Made by a program: the position numbers and the translations under genes. From Desulfobacterales bacterium (GTDB taxonomy: Bacteria; Desulfobacterota; Desulfobacteria; Desulfobacterales; JAABRJ01), in NCBI GenBank assembly GCA_046481705.1, contig JAWOJK010000038.1, forward strand, positions 15,353 through 79,352: a stretch of 64,000 bases of DNA, written 5' to 3'. Below, piece after piece: positions 18,918 through 28,782 of the stretch (position 1 is the first letter of the stretch; the number at the start of each line of letters is the position of its first letter). Under the pieces are notes generated by a model that had not been told where the DNA came from, did not search any database, and worked only from the letters and a program-made list of their open reading frames with translations.

Positions 18918-20066
18918 CTACTTGCGGTTGGCATACTCCGCGTAGGTCATGGCCACCGTCCGGTAGACGAGGTGCGCCAGTTTGGTAAAGGGTGTGTAGG
19001 CAAAAAGGCCCCAGACAAACACCAAATGGATGAAATAAATGGTGTAGGAAACACCGGCAAAACCCGCCAGGCGGGTCATCTGGGTCAGCATCCCGGTCAG
19101 TCCGAGACCAAGCGCCAGAACGAGCAGAAACCAATCTTTATAGTAACTCTTCTGGTCTTTCTTGTCTAGCCGGCTTTTGATCATCAGCAAACTGCCGATG
19201 ACCAGCGCGACCCCGCTCACATTGGCCAGCCACTTGACCGGGTTGATCTGCTGGTAGGGCCCGTGGATCCCGAAGCCATAGAGCACCACGAAGAAGATGT
19301 TGGTGACGATGAACAACCCGATAAAGCCGAAAAAGACCATCATGTGGGCCGTGGAGCGCTCATTGTTTTCGGTGCACTCCGAAAACTTGCGGTGCTTGAG
19401 GATGGTCGGCAAGATCCGGATAAACGCCTGGGCGAAGCCGACGGGGTCGATCTTCTGCTTGTCGGTTTTGCCTTCCAGCAGCGCGTTCTGGTGAATATCG
19501 TTCAAAAAGCGTTTCAGCCCCAGGGCGAATACCCCAACGCCAAAGAAAAAGGTGGGAATCATGATGATGTCCACCAGAGTGGTGTGGATGAAATGGGAAT
19601 GCACGATCTCATCGCCACCCGGGGGGATATTGAGCCAATCGATTCCGACCAGCTTGAACAAAAACCCCAGGCCCAGGATGATCACCGCCGGAATCGCCGC
19701 CAGGATGGGCAGCTTCTTGGGGTCGTTGACCATCTCGGCCAGCTTTTTGGGTCTCGCGTAGGCCTTGATGGCGTATTGCCGGAGGGCCGCCAGGACCTCC
19801 CCCGGCTTGGCCGTCCGCGGGCACAGGACATTGCAGTCCCCGCAGTTGTGGCACAACCAGATGTCGGCACTGCCGAGCAACTTGTCCTTCAGCCCCCAGG
19901 AGGCGGCAATCATCTCCTTGCGGGGAAAGGGTTTGGTATCGGGCGAAATCGGGCATGCAACCGAACAGGTTGCACACTGATAGCACTTTTTGAGGTCTTC
20001 GCCCCCCAGCGCGCCGACTTCCTTGATGAAATTCAGATCAGGCTCAACAACGTAGGCTTCGGCCAT
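18918..20066 (-). CDS. qmoC: quinone-interacting membrane-bound oxidoreductase subunit C
   Basis: N-terminal 2x[4Fe-4S] motifs (CYQCATCSVACP, CHNCGDCNVLCP) fused to a multi-TM NarI/HdrE-like domain. It follows qmoAB. Confidence 0.85.
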   Translation of the reverse strand: MAEAYVVEPDLNFIKEVGALGGEDLKKCYQCATCSVACPISPDTKPFPRKEMIAASWGLKDKLLGSADIWLCHNCGDCNVLCPRTAKPGEVLAALRQYAIKAYARPKKLAEMVNDPKKLPILAAIPAVIILGLGFLFKLVGIDWLNIPPGGDEIVHSHFIHTTLVDIIMIPTFFFGVGVFALGLKRFLNDIHQNALLEGKTDKQKIDPVGFAQAFIRILPTILKHRKFSECTENNERSTAHMMVFFGFIGLFIVTNIFFVVLYGFGIHGPYQQINPVKWLANVSGVALVIGSLLMIKSRLDKKDQKSYYKDWFLLVLALGLGLTGMLTQMTRLAGFAGVSYTIYFIHLVFVWGLFAYTPFTKLAHLVYRTVAMTYAEYANRK

Positions 20067-20144
20067 TTCTTTTCCCTCCTAACGCAGGTCAGCTCTGGCG
20101 GCGGGCCGGCCAAACGACCGCCCGCCGCCAAATGGTCATCGTCA

Positions 20145-22481
20145 CTAGAATCCCTTGAAGGGGTTCGGACCGAGTTCTTCAACGCTTTTCACAAAGGAAT
20201 TGATCATTTCGGGCAGCTTGTGGTAATCGTCGATGGCCACCTCGAACTGTCTGACCCGTTCCTCTTCCAGGGCAAGGCTGGCGAGGGCGTCACCGATTTT
20301 CTTCATGCGCACTTCCGCCAGCTCGCTGCCTTTGACGAAGTGACACTGGTAGTCGTCCCCGTGCTTGCAACCCAGGAGGAAAACACCGTCCATCCCCTGG
20401 GAAAGGGCGTCCTTGATCCAAATGACGTTGACCGACCCCAAACAACGGACCGGGACAAAGCGCACATCGGCCGAGTAGCTCAGGCGGTTCAAACCGACAA
20501 TGTCCAGGGCCGGATAGGCGTCGTTTTCACACACCAGCCCCAGAATCCGAAAGGGCGGCTCGGCGTAGTCATCCTCGGAGGGCACGCGCACGGCCTTCAC
20601 CATGGACCCCACGCTGTCGATGTTGTAGTCGGCAAACCCGATGATCCGCTCGGGGCAGGACCCCATGCAGGTGCCGCAGCGACGACAGCGGGTGGGATTG
20701 GGCTTCGGGGTGCCCTTGGCATCGTCGTCCAGGGCACCGAAGGGGCACTCCTCGGTGCAGCGCTTGCACTGGGTGCAGCGCTGAAAAAAGAAGTCCGGGA
20801 AGGTCATGTCGCCTGAACGCGGATGGACAGACACCCCGCGATTGGTGGACTCCAGGCACTGAATCGCCTTGAGGGCAGCGCCGCTGGCGTCTTCGATGGA
20901 CTCCTCGGCGGTCATGCTGCGGCGGACACCGCCGGCGGCATAGATGCCGGTCCTCTGGGTTTCGTAGGGAAAGCAAATGAAGTTGGAGTCTGCATAGCCG
21001 TTGAAAAGCCCGATATCGCGGAAGGCGGGGCCTTGGCGGTAGGCCAGGTTGATGACCGGGTCGTCGGCGGTCGCGGGCACCATTCCGGTTCCCAGCACCA
21101 CCATGTCGGCATTGACCTTGATCTTTTCGCCCAGAAGGGTGTTGTCGGCTTCAACCGTAAGGCCGCTGCCGCCCTGGGTCACCGCGACCACCTCGCCCTT
21201 GGTGAGGAAAATTCCGGGGTCCTGCTGAATGCTCTTGTAGAAATTTTCCGCCAGACCCGGGGTCCGCATGTGCTGATAGAAAACGAAGGCCTTGCCGTCC
21301 GCGAAATCCTCGCGGACGTATTTGGCCTGCTTGAGGGCCACCAGGCTGGTGACCGACCCAGCAAATTCAAAATCCTGGTCGTTGCCCTGCCCGGGGCTCT
21401 GGATGAAGACGACCGACTTGGCCTCCTTGCCGTCGGAAGGCCGGGTGATTTTACCCTTGGCGGCCAATTCTTCGAACTGGTGGTTGGTGACGACGTCCGG
21501 GAACTGGCCCAGCCCCAGGTGCGCAAATTCGCCGTTCTTGGCCTCGTAGGGGCGCCAACCGGCGGCGAGAATGACGGCACCGTAAAGCTCGCCATTGGGG
21601 TCGAGGGTCAGGATGTCCTTTTTGCCTTGGTTATACGTCATGTAGGCTTCATGCAGCTTTTCGGCGTCCAGTTCCTTGCCGTTTTCATCGACCTTGCGGT
21701 CATCGGGCAGGGGAAAGGGGACATCGAACTCGATCTTTTCCCCGGGCTTTTTGAGGGTGACCGTAAATTCACCGGGCTCTCCGGCGATACGGGCCACCAC
21801 GGTGTTGGTCTTGACGGTGATTTTGGCGTTGGCCGCAACGGTTTTGACCAAGTCGCCGATGATCGGGGAAATCAGGCGATCGTAAGGATTGGCGATCGGC
21901 AGCTGTTTGCGCCAGTGGTTGGCGTGACCGCCGAGCTGAGCGCTTTTTTCAACGATGGTGACCTCGTAGCCGGCCTTGGCGGCGTCCAGGGCAGCGGATA
22001 TCCCGGTGATCCCGCCGCCGATCACCAGGATCTTGCGGCTGAGGTTCTCGACCTTGTAAGGCTCGGGCAGCTTGACCTTCTCGACCCGCGCCATTCCCAT
22101 TTTGATATAGTCTTCGGCCAGCATCTGGACGCGATCGAAGTTGTCATCGTCTTCTTTCTGCTCAGCCGTAAGGGCCGGGAACTCGGAACGCGGGTGGGAC
22201 CACACGACCTGCTCGCGCAGATTGACGCGGTCGACGATGCAGCCGTCAAAACGGAAGACATCGAAATTCACCCGGCGGGAGCAGGCCGCGATCACCAGGG
22301 TGTTGGTGCCCTTTTCGGCGATGTCTTTTTTGAGCAGCGCAACCCCTTGCTGGCCGCACAGACAGGGGTGGGTTTGAACCGGCAGCCCCTCTTCTTCCGG
22401 GATGCCCTTCAAGGCCTCGATGTCCAGGGCTTCTCCAATGCCACAACCTTCGCAGATGTAAACACCATACTTCTTATCCAT
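20145..22481 (-). CDS. qmoB: quinone-interacting membrane-bound oxidoreductase subunit B (HdrA-like flavoprotein)
   Basis: FAD fold VIGGGITGISAAL, ferredoxin-type Cys clusters and an MvhD-like C-terminus. 778 aa. Confidence 0.85.
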   Translation of the reverse strand: MDKKYGVYICEGCGIGEALDIEALKGIPEEEGLPVQTHPCLCGQQGVALLKKDIAEKGTNTLVIAACSRRVNFDVFRFDGCIVDRVNLREQVVWSHPRSEFPALTAEQKEDDDNFDRVQMLAEDYIKMGMARVEKVKLPEPYKVENLSRKILVIGGGITGISAALDAAKAGYEVTIVEKSAQLGGHANHWRKQLPIANPYDRLISPIIGDLVKTVAANAKITVKTNTVVARIAGEPGEFTVTLKKPGEKIEFDVPFPLPDDRKVDENGKELDAEKLHEAYMTYNQGKKDILTLDPNGELYGAVILAAGWRPYEAKNGEFAHLGLGQFPDVVTNHQFEELAAKGKITRPSDGKEAKSVVFIQSPGQGNDQDFEFAGSVTSLVALKQAKYVREDFADGKAFVFYQHMRTPGLAENFYKSIQQDPGIFLTKGEVVAVTQGGSGLTVEADNTLLGEKIKVNADMVVLGTGMVPATADDPVINLAYRQGPAFRDIGLFNGYADSNFICFPYETQRTGIYAAGGVRRSMTAEESIEDASGAALKAIQCLESTNRGVSVHPRSGDMTFPDFFFQRCTQCKRCTEECPFGALDDDAKGTPKPNPTRCRRCGTCMGSCPERIIGFADYNIDSVGSMVKAVRVPSEDDYAEPPFRILGLVCENDAYPALDIVGLNRLSYSADVRFVPVRCLGSVNVIWIKDALSQGMDGVFLLGCKHGDDYQCHFVKGSELAEVRMKKIGDALASLALEEERVRQFEVAIDDYHKLPEMINSFVKSVEELGPNPFKGF

Positions 22482-22492
22482 GAATAAACCTC

Positions 22493-23767
22493 CTACCGCT
22501 TCAGGGTTTGAATCGCCTTAAGGGCCATACCGGTTGCATTCTGGTTGCAGGAGACGACGTCGGCCGGCTTGTTGGCACACCCTGCTGCGAACATACCGCC
22601 CTTTTCAAAGTCGTTGATGATGAAACCATCGTCGGTATACTTCAGGTCAGCGGGAAGTTTTAGATTGGCCGCGGTCGGCTGCATGCCGGTTGCCAGGACC
22701 ACCATGTCAACCGTCTGGTGGATTTTTTCGCCGGTTACGGCATTTTCGGCCACCACCGTCAGATTGCCGGTGTGCGGGTCTTCGCTGACCTCCGCAACCT
22801 TGCCCTTGATCAGGAAGACATTCGGGTCCTCCTTGATTTTCTGGTAAAACTTTTCATAGCGCTGGCCCGGCGCCCTGAGATCGATGTAGAAGATATAAAC
22901 CTTTGCCTCTGGGTACTGTGCCCGGATATAGGTGGCATGCTTCAGGGAGGCCATGCAGCAGATGTAAGAGCAGTAGGGGAGATGGTTTTCGTCCCTGGAA
23001 CCGGCACACTGCACGAAGGCGATGCTTTGCGGTGCTTTGTCGTCGGAGGGCCGTTGGATCTTGCCCTGGGTCGGCCCATTGAAGGCCGCCATGCGCTCGA
23101 GCATCATGTTGGTGACAATGTTCTGATAGCGGCCGAAGCCCAGGTTGTCGATCCGGCTGGCATCGTAGGGTTCCCAGCCGGTTGCCCAGACAATCGCCCC
23201 GACCTGCAGGTTGAGGGTTTTGGGCTGCATCTCGAGATCGACCGCGTCATACTTGCAGGCGTCCTTGCAGCGCTGGGCGTCTTCGGTACCGATGATTTGG
23301 GGGCAAATCACGAACCTGGAGGGAAAGGCCATTGCGTGGGGCAGGTAGGCGCCCTTGCTGCGGTCCATCCCAAAATTGAAATCGTTGGCGATCTCGGTCT
23401 CGCAGGCCTCGGCGCAGGCGCCGCAGGCCGTGCAGTTTTCATTGACGTAGCGAGGGGTCATGCGCACGGCGACATCGTAGCTGCCGGGCGCACCGCTGAC
23501 CTTCTCGACTTCGGCAAGGGTCAGAATCTTGATCCTGGGGTTGTCTTTTATCCGCCTGAAATTGATTTCGAGCCCGCAGGTCGGGGGGCATAGCTTGGGA
23601 AAATATTGGTTCAGCTGCGCAACTCTGCCGCCCAGATACGGATTCTTTTCGACTAAAATCACCTCGTACCCCACTTCGGCAGCTTCAAGGGCCGTGGTCA
23701 ACCCGCTAATCCCTCCTCCAACAACCATAATGCTTCCGTTTGCAGGGGCTGCGTTGTCTAGTGTCAT
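22493..23767 (-). CDS. qmoA: quinone-interacting membrane-bound oxidoreductase subunit A (HdrA-like flavoprotein)
   Basis: VVGGGISGLTTALEAA FAD motif and 424 aa, located downstream of aprBA. Confidence 0.85.
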   Translation of the reverse strand: MTLDNAAPANGSIMVVGGGISGLTTALEAAEVGYEVILVEKNPYLGGRVAQLNQYFPKLCPPTCGLEINFRRIKDNPRIKILTLAEVEKVSGAPGSYDVAVRMTPRYVNENCTACGACAEACETEIANDFNFGMDRSKGAYLPHAMAFPSRFVICPQIIGTEDAQRCKDACKYDAVDLEMQPKTLNLQVGAIVWATGWEPYDASRIDNLGFGRYQNIVTNMMLERMAAFNGPTQGKIQRPSDDKAPQSIAFVQCAGSRDENHLPYCSYICCMASLKHATYIRAQYPEAKVYIFYIDLRAPGQRYEKFYQKIKEDPNVFLIKGKVAEVSEDPHTGNLTVVAENAVTGEKIHQTVDMVVLATGMQPTAANLKLPADLKYTDDGFIINDFEKGGMFAAGCANKPADVVSCNQNATGMALKAIQTLKR

Positions 23768-23793
23768 GCTATCCCTCCGTGCATAGTGTGTTT

Positions 23794-23969
23794 CCGTTGA
23801 TTAAGGGTCGCGGTAATAAATAATCCCACAAGATGGCGCCGGATTTTGGTCCGTCTACAAGGCACATTCGTCGGCGCATATCGAGATATGTGCCGGTGGG
23901 TGTAACGGCGGTGACGGGCAAAAAGACAAGCAAGATGTAGAATTATTTTTTGCCGAGTCCCTGAGGCGC
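23794..23969 (-). repeat. structured intergenic repeat, copy A (partner at 44196-44370)
   Basis: Hand alignment gives ~84% identity to the plus-strand copy. Central hairpin around CATATC-TC-GATATG. Ends 27 nt before the qmoA ATG. Confidence 0.7.
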
Positions 23970-24137
23970 TGACTGGCATGTGGGTGAACTTCGAATTTGC
24001 CATTGGAGGGCGGGATCGATCCAGACAGGTAATGGTACATAAAAAAGCATTCCCAGGCTTAAGAAACCTTTACTTTCCCTTGCGGGAAACCGTTTTCCCA
24101 CGCCCTCTCCGAGACGTTTCGGCTTGATCGTTTTAAT

Positions 24138-24171
24138 GAAAAACCTCCAGGTATCCAAAGATACCTGGAGG
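24138..24171 (-). terminator. intrinsic terminator after aprA
   Basis: 12-bp stem CCTCCAGGTATC / GATACCTGGAGG with a 4-nt loop, followed on the minus strand by TTTTTCATT. Lies 32 nt after the aprA stop. Confidence 0.75.
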
Positions 24172-24202
24172 CAGCTGCTGCTATACCGTTACCGGCATAT
24201 CA

Positions 24203-26182
24203 TCAATCCGGGATGATCTTGATGTAGTCTTTCTTGAAGATATCCCATTTCTGCGTTTTCGGGTCGTACTTGGAGTTGACGAAACAGAACCAGTTCTTGT
24301 CGTCCTGCCCCGGGTGATCGGACTGATAGTAGAAGCCGGGGTAGCGGGTTTCTTTGCGGAACTGGATGTGACGCAGGTGGGATTCCACCGTCCAAATGCG
24401 GTGGTAGATTTCCCAGCAGCGCATCAGTTCATGCAGGTCACCGGCCGCCAGCTTCTCGCAGTCCTCGCGCATGGTCTGGAGCAGATCCATGACGATTTCC
24501 AGGTTCTTGCTGGTGGTCTGGTAATAGGTCGAGGTTCCGCCGCCGTACTCGTTGGTGGCCTTCATCAGCCGCAGGGCCATTCCCGAAGGTTTGACGTAGT
24601 TGGGGTTGATGTCGATGGCGGTGGTGTACTCGTAGTTGGCCAGCAAGGTGCGGACCGGCTTGTAGACGATATCGACCAGTTCTTCCTTGGTTTCCTTGAT
24701 GGCCGGCTTGAAGTCGGCGTGATCCTTGGCGTAGCGGACCATCTGCTTGGCGGCCATACGGCCCTCGGCGTGGGAGCCGGAGGAGAACTTGTGGCCGGAG
24801 CAGCCGACGCCGTCGCCGGAGGTGAACAGACCGTTGACGGTGGTCATACGGTTGTAAACCTTGCCGTTGTCGGCCTTGATTTTATAGGCATCCGGGACCC
24901 AGTCATAGTCCGGGCCGGAAACCCAGAAGCCGCAGCAGCCGGAGTGGGAGCCCAGCAAGTACGGTTCGGTGGGCATAATTTCGGAGTTTTTCTTCTCCGG
25001 TTCGGTGTTGGTGGCGCACCACAGGTTGGCCTGACCACAGGTCATGTCAAGGAAGTCTTCCCAGGCTTCAGACTCCAGGTGCTTGAGTTCCTTCTTGTCC
25101 ATGGTCTTGCCGAGTTCGGCCAGGGCGGTGACGGTGTCCATCATGATCGGCCCGCGGCCTTCCTTCATCTCGAAGAGCATCAGGTGGTTACGCAGACAGG
25201 TGGGGGTGATCGCGGCGGTGCCGTAAGGTGCGTAATTGGCCAGTTCGACCTTGGCGGCATCGCTGGCGGCGAAGTTTTCACCCAGACCGTTGAGGGCCTT
25301 GGCCTTGAACAACAGGAACCACGCGCCGACCGGGCCGTAGCCGTCCTTGAAACGGGCCGGGGTGAAACGGTTTTCCATCATGGAAAGTTCGGCGCCGACC
25401 TGCATGCACATGGTGTAGGTGGAGCCGGCATTCCACACCGGATACCAGGCGCGGCCCTTGCCCTCACCGACGCTGCGCGGCTGGTAGATATTGACCGCGC
25501 CGCCGCAGGCCACCATCATGGTCTTGCACTTGATGATGTAGACTTTGTTTTCACGCACGGAAAAGCCGACGGCACCGGCGATCTGGTTTTCACGCTTGGC
25601 GTCGAGCAGCAGCTTGACGATAAAGCAGCGCTCGAGAATGTTGTCGTCCCCGATCGCCAGCTTGGCGGCTTCGGCCACGATGCGCTTGTAAGACTCACCG
25701 TTGATCATGATCTGCCATTTACCGGTGCGGACCGGGGTGGCACCGGCTTTCAGGGTGCCCATCTTCTGGCCTTTTTTACCGTCGAGGGTCTTCCCGTCAT
25801 CGGATTTCTTCCAGACCGGCAGACCCCACTCTTCGAACAGATGCACCGAATCATCCACATGGCAACCGAGATCGTAGATCAGGTCCTCGCGCACCAGGCC
25901 CATCAGGTCGTTGCGCACCATGCGCACGTAGTCCTCGGGGGCATTGCTGCCGATGTAGGTGTTGATCGCGGAAAGGCCCTGGGCGACGGCGCCGCTGCGC
26001 TCCATGGCGGCCTTGTCGCACAGCAGAACGCTCTGTCCCTCAAGCATCCATTTTTTGACTTCGAAAGCGGCACCGCAGGCAGCCATGCCACCGCCGACGA
26101 TCAAGATGTCAACTTCGCGCTCCTCGACTTCCGGATCTTTCACGGCTTTGAGTTCACCAGTCGGTTTATTCGGAATTGCCAT
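24203..26182 (-). CDS. aprA: adenylylsulfate (APS) reductase alpha subunit
   Basis: FAD motif ILIVGGGMAACGAA, 659 aa, adjacent to aprB. Confidence 0.9.
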   Translation of the reverse strand: MAIPNKPTGELKAVKDPEVEEREVDILIVGGGMAACGAAFEVKKWMLEGQSVLLCDKAAMERSGAVAQGLSAINTYIGSNAPEDYVRMVRNDLMGLVREDLIYDLGCHVDDSVHLFEEWGLPVWKKSDDGKTLDGKKGQKMGTLKAGATPVRTGKWQIMINGESYKRIVAEAAKLAIGDDNILERCFIVKLLLDAKRENQIAGAVGFSVRENKVYIIKCKTMMVACGGAVNIYQPRSVGEGKGRAWYPVWNAGSTYTMCMQVGAELSMMENRFTPARFKDGYGPVGAWFLLFKAKALNGLGENFAASDAAKVELANYAPYGTAAITPTCLRNHLMLFEMKEGRGPIMMDTVTALAELGKTMDKKELKHLESEAWEDFLDMTCGQANLWCATNTEPEKKNSEIMPTEPYLLGSHSGCCGFWVSGPDYDWVPDAYKIKADNGKVYNRMTTVNGLFTSGDGVGCSGHKFSSGSHAEGRMAAKQMVRYAKDHADFKPAIKETKEELVDIVYKPVRTLLANYEYTTAIDINPNYVKPSGMALRLMKATNEYGGGTSTYYQTTSKNLEIVMDLLQTMREDCEKLAAGDLHELMRCWEIYHRIWTVESHLRHIQFRKETRYPGFYYQSDHPGQDDKNWFCFVNSKYDPKTQKWDIFKKDYIKIIPD

Positions 26183-26264
26183 ATTGCTTCCTCCTTAAAG
26201 AAATTGGGATTCGTAGTAGGTCATTCTGACTTCATCGTTTCCGCAAACCCTGGCGCAAATCTGA

Positions 26265-26699
26265 TTAAAGGGTCTTCGGAGTCGGCATCTTGTAGCCGTC
26301 GGCCTCTTCGGTGGCCAGCAGGTCGCTTTCAAGATCTTTGCCCTTGAGGCTCGGATACGCATTGGCAGCACCCTCGGGGGTTGTCCGGATGGGGAACTTG
26401 AAGCGTTTGATAAGGCCGTTTCTGAATTTACAGGTCCACATGACGTCCTCGGTCCCCAGCATCGGCATAACGCTGCTTCCCAGCGGCACAAAGTCGGAGT
26501 ATCCCCGGACCTCGATCGCCTGGGTCGGGCAGATCTTGACGCAAGAAAAACATTCCCAGCACTGATCCGGCTCCTGGTTGTAGGCCTTCATGGCATTGGG
26601 ATCGAGGACCATCAGGTCGTTCGGGCAAATGTACATACATGCAGTCTTGTCGCCGCCCTTGCAGCCGTCACACTTTTCATCAATTACATAAGTTGGCAT
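26265..26699 (-). CDS. aprB: adenylylsulfate (APS) reductase beta subunit
   Basis: MPTYVIDEKCDGCKG...CMYICPNDLM and CWECFSCVKICP ferredoxin motifs. AGGAGG lies upstream. Confidence 0.9.
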   Translation of the reverse strand: MPTYVIDEKCDGCKGGDKTACMYICPNDLMVLDPNAMKAYNQEPDQCWECFSCVKICPTQAIEVRGYSDFVPLGSSVMPMLGTEDVMWTCKFRNGLIKRFKFPIRTTPEGAANAYPSLKGKDLESDLLATEEADGYKMPTPKTL

Positions 26700-27008
26700 C
26701 GAATATACCTCCTGATTTTCGTGGTAAGAAGTTTTGTTCTACTCACCTGCGCATAACACCCGTAAAAATTAAGCTTTTCACACCTCCCTTCGTCGTTGTG
26801 GCCGAAAAAATTACTGGCCAACTGCAGATTTTATCCCAAAGGTGATGACCCTACCCGGTAAATTTTTTATCTGTTTACCACCAAATCCCAGGGCTGACAA
26901 TCGGAATTTTAAACCCCGCAAGCCGAATGCGGTGGTCAAAATCGCAAAAAATGGCTTACCCAAATTTTATTAGCCTGAGCGAAATTCCGAACCCCTCCCG
27001 GGTCGTGC

Positions 27009-27593
27009 CTAAGCACGCCTGCCCCGCTTGGCATTGTCCACCAGCTGCAGCAGTTTGTCCTCACGGTCTTTGACGGCGACCCTTTTGGTCGTGCGGGAGG
27101 CGCCGGCATCGCCCTCGGCGGTCGGGCCCGCCAGGAGGCTTCCCGGGCGATAGCCCAGCCGATTGAGGATATTGCCGATGGTATTTTCACTGGGCAGCTG
27201 GTCGTCGCGGTAGCCGAAATGCTTGACCAGCAGCCGCCGCACAGCCCGGGCGGTGACCTTACCATGGGGGAAATCTGATTTGAATTCGGGAACCAGTTGG
27301 CCGTCTTTATCGAAAATGGACTGAATATCCGCGATCAGCTGGGGGATCTTCTCTTCGGTTTTCTTTTTTCCCCGAGCCGAATAATTGTCCAGACACTCGA
27401 TCCCGGTGGCCAACTCCCGGATTCCCTTGTGAACCGTCGCACGCCCCCAGCCGAACTCGCGTTCGGCCTTGCGGGCACTCCCGCCGAAAAGCTCATTGGC
27501 GATTTCCGCAATGAACTCCCGACGCTGGGAACCGCTGAGTTTCTTGGCCGTTTTTTTGATAATGGCTTTGACTTCTTCCGATATTTCGCTCAA
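27009..27593 (-). pseudogene. truncated ISAzo13-family-like transposase (N-terminal HTH part only, no DDE domain)
   Basis: The pattern LSGSQRREF..A...GGS....FGWGRATVHKGIREL...SARGKKK.EEK.P.L...VTARAVRRLL...LPSENTIGNILNRLGYR matches my recollection of ISAzo13 N-termini. The ORF ends at 194 aa, versus ~450 aa for intact copies. Confidence 0.55.
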
Positions 27594-27969
27594 TTCAGGC
27601 GATCCTGTCGTGGATTTTCAGGGGGCCTTGGCCACCCCCCTTTCGGTCGGTCCTGAATCGCTCGTTTGGAGCAGGGAAATACAAACAGGCATGGGTAGAT
27701 TATTTTCAGGGTGGTCTAGTAGCACCCACTGATCCCAATGTCAATAAGTTTCAAGGCCTCTTCGCCAAATAACTTCAATTGTTCCAGCCTCCTAATCCAA
27801 TATCCCCATATCTGGATGACGTTTTTCCGGCACATACCACATCTAGCCTCCCGCCTCCCCGGCGCCTCCAAATAAATTTATTGACAAGCGGTCTGAACAT
27901 GCTACCACCAGCAAAAATTACGGCGCGTCCCGCCCGACAGTCCGAAACCCTAAAATAACTGGAAACGCG

Positions 27970-28719
27970 ATGGCAATCGACCCCTGCGATATGATACCGC
28001 TTTGCCTGGAGGCCCCCTTCACCTTTGCCTGCAACCCGGGGGTGCCGTGCTTCAACGAATGCTGCCGGGATCTCAACCAGTTCCTGACGCCCTACGACGT
28101 GCTGCGCCTCAAACGGCACCTGGGCCTGACGTCCGGCGAATTTCTGGCAAGATTCACCTCTCAGCACACCGGACCGGGGTCCGGCTTGCCGGTGGTAACC
28201 CTGAAGCCCAGCGGCGGGTCGCAGCTGAGATGTCCATTTGTCACCCCGCAAGGCTGCAGCGTCTATCCTGACCGCCCGACGGCCTGCCGGACCTACCCCC
28301 TGGTGCGCCTGGTCTCGCGCGACAGGGGAAGCGGCCAAACGACGGAACGCTTCTTCCTGCTGAAAGAGCCCCACTGTCAGGGCCACCTGCAAGCCCGGGG
28401 ACAAACCGTCCGGGAATGGCTGCGCGATCAGGATTTGGCCGCCTACAACCGGATGAACGACCCGCTGATGACGGTCATCAGCCTCAAAAACCGCCTGGCG
28501 CCCGGACCGCTGCCGGTGGCCCTGCAGCGGCTTTTTTATCAGGCCTGCTACGATTTGGATGCCTTTAGAGCGCTGGTCCGGGAAAAGCGCCTGAACCGAT
28601 CGGCGGCCGTCGACACGCCACCCCTTGAAAACCTTGAAAGCGACGACGACGCCCTCCTGGCGTTTGCCCTGGACTACTGGCAAAAGGCGCTTGCCGACCA
28701 TGCGGCAAGTCATTCGTAA
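27970..28719 (+). CDS. YkgJ/UPF0153-type Cys-cluster protein (paralog 1)
   Basis: Motifs FACNPGVPCFNECCRDLN...YDVLRLK and CPFVTPQGCSVYPDRPTACRTYP. Confidence 0.75.
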   Translation: MAIDPCDMIPLCLEAPFTFACNPGVPCFNECCRDLNQFLTPYDVLRLKRHLGLTSGEFLARFTSQHTGPGSGLPVVTLKPSGGSQLRCPFVTPQGCSVYPDRPTACRTYPLVRLVSRDRGSGQTTERFFLLKEPHCQGHLQARGQTVREWLRDQDLAAYNRMNDPLMTVISLKNRLAPGPLPVALQRLFYQACYDLDAFRALVREKRLNRSAAVDTPPLENLESDDDALLAFALDYWQKALADHAASHS

Positions 28720-28782
28720 GCCCCAGCGCCGCTTCGGGCGCCAGCCGACCGGGGTGGCTGCAGCAATGAAAGGAGGCCCGTC

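Noticed and set aside
26765-26790. Rex-type operator (TGTGAA-N6-TTCACA) upstream of aprB
   Set aside because: Only one half-site (TGTGAA on the aprB strand) is present, and the partner position reads AATTTT. No comparable site occurs upstream of sat.
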